From a virus (taxonomy: Duplodnaviria; Caudoviricetes): 64,000 bases of DNA. Under the pieces are notes generated by a model. That model had not been told where the DNA came from and ran no database searches. It was given only the letters and a program-made list of their open reading frames with translations. Every line of letters begins with the position of its first letter. Within the stretch, counting starts at the first letter, position 1. Location: positions 10,800 through 74,799 of the IMG/VR virus record IMGVR_UViG_3300032236_001631, one strand, 5' to 3'. Positions 60,136 through 64,000 of the stretch are shown piece after piece. Position numbers and translations under genes: made by a program.

Positions 60136-60915
60136 TTATCTCTCCCAAGATGGGACATATCCCATAGAAGTATCATCGCTATTGTCATTATCGTAGCTTC
60201 TTGTATTTCCTACTGTACTTCTATATGCTCTGGCAACATCTGGTTCTGCCTCTAGAGGATCTTCCTCGTCCTCATCTTCAACATCCAATACCTTACCACC
60301 TTCTTCACTGTCAGGAGCGGTTAAGATATCACCTTCTCTCTTTACAAATCCTTTTTCTACCAAGGAATCTACGATATCACTTCCATTGGCAAACTGTGTC
60401 TCAACATCTTTGATGTTTGTTGGTACATCAGCCTGTGTAATAAAATCTAAAACAGCAGATTCTACTTGTGAAAGACCTTCGATATCGTATTCATTCTCCT
60501 GTGTTTTTGGAGCTTCACCGATTGAAACTAATCCATATTCTTTATGGGTAATAAGATTTGCAATTGCCTTTGTAAGTCTGGTATTATAGGTCTTTCTATT
60601 TGGACCTTTATTAGCATAAACATTATCAACAACACCTTCGATTGTTGAATTTAAGTCTTGGTATGAAGAAGGTTGATACTCTGCAATTTGAGTAGCTACG
60701 TTTTTTATGACATCCTTGATTTCGTCTTCTGAAAGACTTGCATATCTAGGATTACCAGCCCATCCCTTTGTTAGAATTTCAAAATCACCAGCATTTAACT
60801 TCTCTGCAAGCTTTTCTGCATCAACAGAAATGTTTGCAAACTTAGAAGCCTTTGCTAAACGACCTTCGTTTACTAAGGAGGATATAATACTTTCTGCTAA
60901 GACATCAAATTTCAT
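60136..60915 (-). CDS. hypothetical acidic late protein with possible winged-helix segment
   Basis: MKFDVLAE start; LSQVESAVLDFI...VDSLVEKGFVKREG; TAAATA upstream. Confidence 0.7.
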   Translation of the reverse strand: MKFDVLAESIISSLVNEGRLAKASKFANISVDAEKLAEKLNAGDFEILTKGWAGNPRYASLSEDEIKDVIKNVATQIAEYQPSSYQDLNSTIEGVVDNVYANKGPNRKTYNTRLTKAIANLITHKEYGLVSIGEAPKTQENEYDIEGLSQVESAVLDFITQADVPTNIKDVETQFANGSDIVDSLVEKGFVKREGDILTAPDSEEGGKVLDVEDEDEEDPLEAEPDVARAYRSTVGNTRSYDNDNSDDTSMGYVPSWER

Positions 60916-60936
60916 ATATAATATATGATATTTATC

Positions 60937-61578
60937 CTAGATACCTGTATAAATGTCAGAAATTAAACTCTTGTCTTCTCCATATGGCTGTCCCTCTTCT
61001 GTAATATAGAGCTTTGTCATTTCAATACGCTCAATAGGATTACCAAAGATTTCAATGATAGGAGGAGCATCATCAGCAGCAAATACTCTTCCGTCTCCCT
61101 GATGGAAAGACTGAACAAATACCTTAAAGATGTTGTCAATCTCCTCACGGTAGACAAGATCATTGTCACGAAGATCATCTTCTTTGAATTCTACAGGTGC
61201 AACCTTTGTAAGAGGAACAAAGAAAATTACATCAAAAGTCTTGAGTGCTTCACGGATAAGGATTCTTGATTCATCCAAGAATTTATCAGAAACTTTTCCG
61301 TTAAGATTAAGCCAAGAAGAATAGGCAAGATTATCAAGAATACAACGATCAAAAATGACATTATCATTCTTTGAATATTCCTGTGCCTGATCAAGAAGAG
61401 CATTGAGAATAATCTGCTGACTCTCTTCGGTTCCTTCTTTAGAATGTGGAAGGTTTTGTTCCTTGATGTAATCTCTATAAGACTTTTCTGGTGTCTTATA
61501 GTTAGTCCATGTTTTCAAAAAGTCTTTTATGTAAGTACTTTTTCCTTGGCAATGTGTACCTGATACGGCTATTTTCAT
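60937..61578 (-). CDS. P-loop kinase/ATPase (NadR/Ttd14 AAA_28-like)
   Basis: SGTHCQGKST, DRCILDNLAYS, FDVIFFVP. Confidence 0.85.
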   Translation of the reverse strand: MKIAVSGTHCQGKSTYIKDFLKTWTNYKTPEKSYRDYIKEQNLPHSKEGTEESQQIILNALLDQAQEYSKNDNVIFDRCILDNLAYSSWLNLNGKVSDKFLDESRILIREALKTFDVIFFVPLTKVAPVEFKEDDLRDNDLVYREEIDNIFKVFVQSFHQGDGRVFAADDAPPIIEIFGNPIERIEMTKLYITEEGQPYGEDKSLISDIYTGI

Positions 61579-61847
61579 AAAACTGGTGCGGTTTCTACGA
61601 TCTCAGGGAAATAATCAACAATATCTCCTGCGAATTGATCATGATATTCCTTTTCTTTTAGAATGAAGATATTCTTCATAAGAACTTCTGGATATTTTTT
61701 TCTGAGATCCAAAGCAAGTTTCATCAAGGATTCATCCTCTTCTGAATACCAACGTGCATTAACAGAAGTTGAGGCAGAAAACAATAATGCTTCGACTACC
61801 AATCTAAGTTGATCTTCGGTTAAGTTTTCTACAGAATAATTCTTCAT
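61575..61847 (-). CDS. hypothetical protein
   Basis: 90 aa ORF with its own promoter. Confidence 0.7.
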   Translation of the reverse strand: MKNYSVENLTEDQLRLVVEALLFSASTSVNARWYSEEDESLMKLALDLRKKYPEVLMKNIFILKEKEYHDQFAGDIVDYFPEIVETAPVL

Positions 61848-61853
61848 TCCCCT

Positions 61854-61881
61854 ATTTTACCAAAGAAATGAATAAAATCAA
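61854..61881 (-). promoter_or_regulatory. sigma70-like promoter TTGATT-N16-TAAAAT, 6 nt before ATG 61847
   Basis: Read from sequence. Confidence 0.65.
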
Positions 61882-61882
61882 G

Positions 61883-62227
61883 TTATTCTTGTGTTGTAGG
61901 AATAGTTTCTGACTGATCTAAAAATCCCATAAGTTGGTCTTCAACTTGTTTGAGCTTTTCAACATCATCAACATCAACATCAATATTAGAAATCTCTCTT
62001 TGTTTTTCAATATTATCTTTTGCTGAATTATAAAGTGCTTCTCTGAGAGCCTTTAAAAGTGTTTTATACTTTACAACGTCTAATGCTACATCTTTAGGTT
62101 CAGGAAGTGCAGAAGGAATATCAGAATCCATAGATTTAGGTTCTGCTGCATCATCAGTCTTTTCAGGGAATTCATTTAATCCCTGTTCTATTATTACGGA
62201 ATTTATTAATTTTAAGAATTTGCTCAT
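61883..62227 (-). CDS. hypothetical acidic late protein (candidate internal head protein)
   Basis: Probable start MSKFLKLI at 62227 after TAAATA (track start 62356). Confidence 0.65.
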   Translation of the reverse strand: MSKFLKLINSVIIEQGLNEFPEKTDDAAEPKSMDSDIPSALPEPKDVALDVVKYKTLLKALREALYNSAKDNIEKQREISNIDVDVDDVEKLKQVEDQLMGFLDQSETIPTTQE

Positions 62228-62275
62228 TTGATTATGACTATTTACCTTCCTATTGAGATAAATATAAATAACTTT

Positions 62276-64000
62276 ATGTCCACAAAGAAAATTAGTCAGT
62301 TGCCATTTAATAATTTTACAGTATCGGGTAGTGCAGTTCTTATAGCAAATATACAAGGAACCACATATCAGACTCCTTTATCTGCTTTGCTTAATGATAA
62401 TGTTTATAATTTTGGCTCTGGTACTAATTCTATTAAACCAGTAAAGGGATCTAATATAGCTGGTGGATTATATGCCAATGTAGTTGGTGGTAATAATAAT
62501 AATGCTTATGGAAATTACTCAGCAATAGGTGGTGGTTTAAATAATGCAGCCAGTAATTCTTCTCATATTGGAGGAGGATGTAGTAATACAGTTTCTGGTG
62601 AAATTTCTAATATCGGTGGTGGTGGTGGTAATACAGTTTCTGGTGGTGCTTCTAATATCGGTGGTGGCGGTGGTAATATTGTAAATACAGATTATTCAAG
62701 TATTGTAGGCGGTGCAAATAATTTAATAGATGCCACAACAACTTTTGGAGCTATAGGTAATTTAAGTATTGGTGGTGGTTCTAATAACAAAATTTGTAGC
62801 AGTGGAGAATGTATTTTTTTTAATGATTCTAATATAGCTGGTGGTTCTCATAATACTATATCTGGTTGTTATCGTAGTCATTTATCCTACTCAAATATAG
62901 CAGGTGGTTCATGTAATAATAATAGTGCAAGCTATAGCACTCTTTCAAATACATCGATAGCAGGTGGTTATTGTAATAGTAATAACGCAAGCGACCATAG
63001 TTATCTTTTAAATACATCTATAGCAGGTGGTTCATGTAATAGTAATAATGCAACTTATGGTAATCTTTCAAATACATCTATAGGCGGTGGATCATGTAAT
63101 AGTAATAGTGGTTTTGACTCCACTCTTTCAAATACATCGATAGCAGGTGGTTCAAATAACACTATATGTGCTTGTATTATCAGTGCTGTAAATGACTCAT
63201 CTATAGCTGGTGGTCACGGAAACCTTATTCTGAACTCTTCTTGTTCATTTATTGCTGGTGGTTATAATAATACTATATCTGGTTATTATGCTAATAATGT
63301 TTTTATTCTTGGATCAAACATAACAGCTGGTGCTTCAAATACAACCTATACAAACGATCTTTGTGTTTGTGGTAATATTTGTGCTCCTAACGGCACTGTC
63401 GGTTGCTCCTCTAGCTCTGGATATGCAACAAATTCTGGATATGCAACAAGTGCTGGTAGTGCAAATGTAGCAACCTGTGATGCAACGACTGGTTATTTAC
63501 TTTGTGATGCTTTTGCAGGTATTGTATATCAATATAATACTAGTGTAGGTGCTAATAATATTACACCTAACTGCGGTGGTAATACTAATAGTGCTAGTGG
63601 TTACTGCTCCACTCTTTCAAATACATCGATAGCAGGTGGATCTGGTAATAGTAATAGTGCTAGTTGTTACTACTCCAATATTTCAAATACATCGATAGCA
63701 GGTGGTTGTGGTAATAGTAATAGTAGTGGTTACATGTCCAATATTTCAAATACATCTATAGCAGGTGGTTGTAATAATAGTATTAGTAGTAGTTACCACT
63801 CCAATCTTTCAAATACATCTATAGCAGGTGGTGCTAGTAATATAATATGCTCTAATACAACACAATCTTATTATGCTGGCAATATAAACTATTCAAATAT
63901 TGGAGGTGGTCAAAGTAATGCTATATGTGGAGGCTGTGTTGATCATTCTAGTATTTTAAGTGGTCAAAATAATATTATAAATGCTAGTTCGTCTAGTAAT
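62276..64000 (+). CDS. Cys/Gly/Ser/Asn-rich tail fibre with YadA-head-like SIAGGxxN repeats (runs off window)
   Basis: Not in the ORF track. MSTKKISQLP start 5 nt after TATAAATA; open to the window end when read manually. Confidence 0.85.
   Translation, partial: MSTKKISQLPFNNFTVSGSAVLIANIQGTTYQTPLSALLNDNVYNFGSGTNSIKPVKGSNIAGGLYANVVGGNNNNAYGNYSAIGGGLNNAASNSSHIGGGCSNTVSGEISNIGGGGGNTVSGGASNIGGGGGNIVNTDYSSIVGGANNLIDATTTFGAIGNLSIGGGSNNKICSSGECIFFNDSNIAGGSHNTISGCYRSHLSYSNIAGGSCNNNSASYSTLSNTSIAGGYCNSNNASDHSYLLNTSIAGGSCNSNNATYGNLSNTSIGGGSCNSNSGFDSTLSNTSIAGGSNNTICACIISAVNDSSIAGGHGNLILNSSCSFIAGGYNNTISGYYANNVFILGSNITAGASNTTYTNDLCVCGNICAPNGTVGCSSSSGYATNSGYATSAGSANVATCDATTGYLLCDAFAGIVYQYNTSVGANNITPNCGGNTNSASGYCSTLSNTSIAGGSGNSNSASCYYSNISNTSIAGGCGNSNSSGYMSNISNTSIAGGCNNSISSSYHSNLSNTSIAGGASNIICSNTTQSYYAGNINYSNIGGGQSNAICGGCVDHSSILSGQNNIINASSSSN
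62940..63835 (+). repeat. coding repeat TCAAATACATC(G/T)ATAGCAGGTGG in two arrays of four, 60-66 bp period
   Basis: Copies near 62945, 63008, 63068, 63128 and 63617, 63683, 63746, 63809. Confidence 0.85.

Noticed and set aside
62940-63835. CRISPR-like array (about 25-bp repeats beginning TTTCAAATACATC with about 35-40 bp spacers)
   Set aside because: All periods are multiples of 3, the spacers resemble each other, the array lies in a long open frame encoding SNTSIAGG repeats, and no cas genes are present.
1-64000. Stop-codon reassignment (common in some large phages)
   Set aside because: Core genes are full length in the standard code, and TAA, TAG and TGA all terminate recognisable genes.
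45778-64000. Diversity-generating retroelement acting on fibre genes
   Set aside because: No reverse transcriptase, and no template/variable repeat pair differing at adenines was seen in this window.

Overview
AT-rich 64 kb segment of a large T4-like (myovirus) phage genome, read in the standard genetic code. From left to right it holds five blocks. (1) An accessory block of small minus-strand genes: an m4C-type DNA methyltransferase, an orphan Xre/MbcA-type antitoxin C-terminal domain, RmlC and a Gly/Tyr-rich lipoprotein, plus a plus-strand GT60-like GlcNAc transferase. (2) Very large virion proteins carrying VWA, PT-linker/L-lectin, NHL and 18-aa repeat fibre regions. (3) The head module gp20-gp13-(endonuclease)-gp4-gp21-gp22-gp23, followed by cysC, a P-loop kinase, gp16, gp44, gp25 and gp6. 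(4) A minus-strand tail-tip/fibre operon and gp15. (5) An HNH gene, a DinG-type helicase, a GroES-like gene, gp62, a GT2-like transferase, primase, and a truncated Cys-rich fibre gene that the ORF track missed. Two promoter grammars can be read directly from the sequence. One is sigma70-like, mostly with a 16-bp spacer and 6 nt to the start codon (apparently leaderless). The other is a TAA(A/G)TA late motif before most virion genes. The most interesting candidate system is virion O-glycosylation: a late-expressed GT60 enzyme, a recurrent hydrophobic-Ser-small motif in virion proteins, a Pro/Thr mucin-like linker, RmlC, a GT2 and CysC. Other leads are a three-way-junction RNA leader, the orphan antitoxin and candidate internal head proteins. 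All family calls are by motif recognition only; no searches were run.
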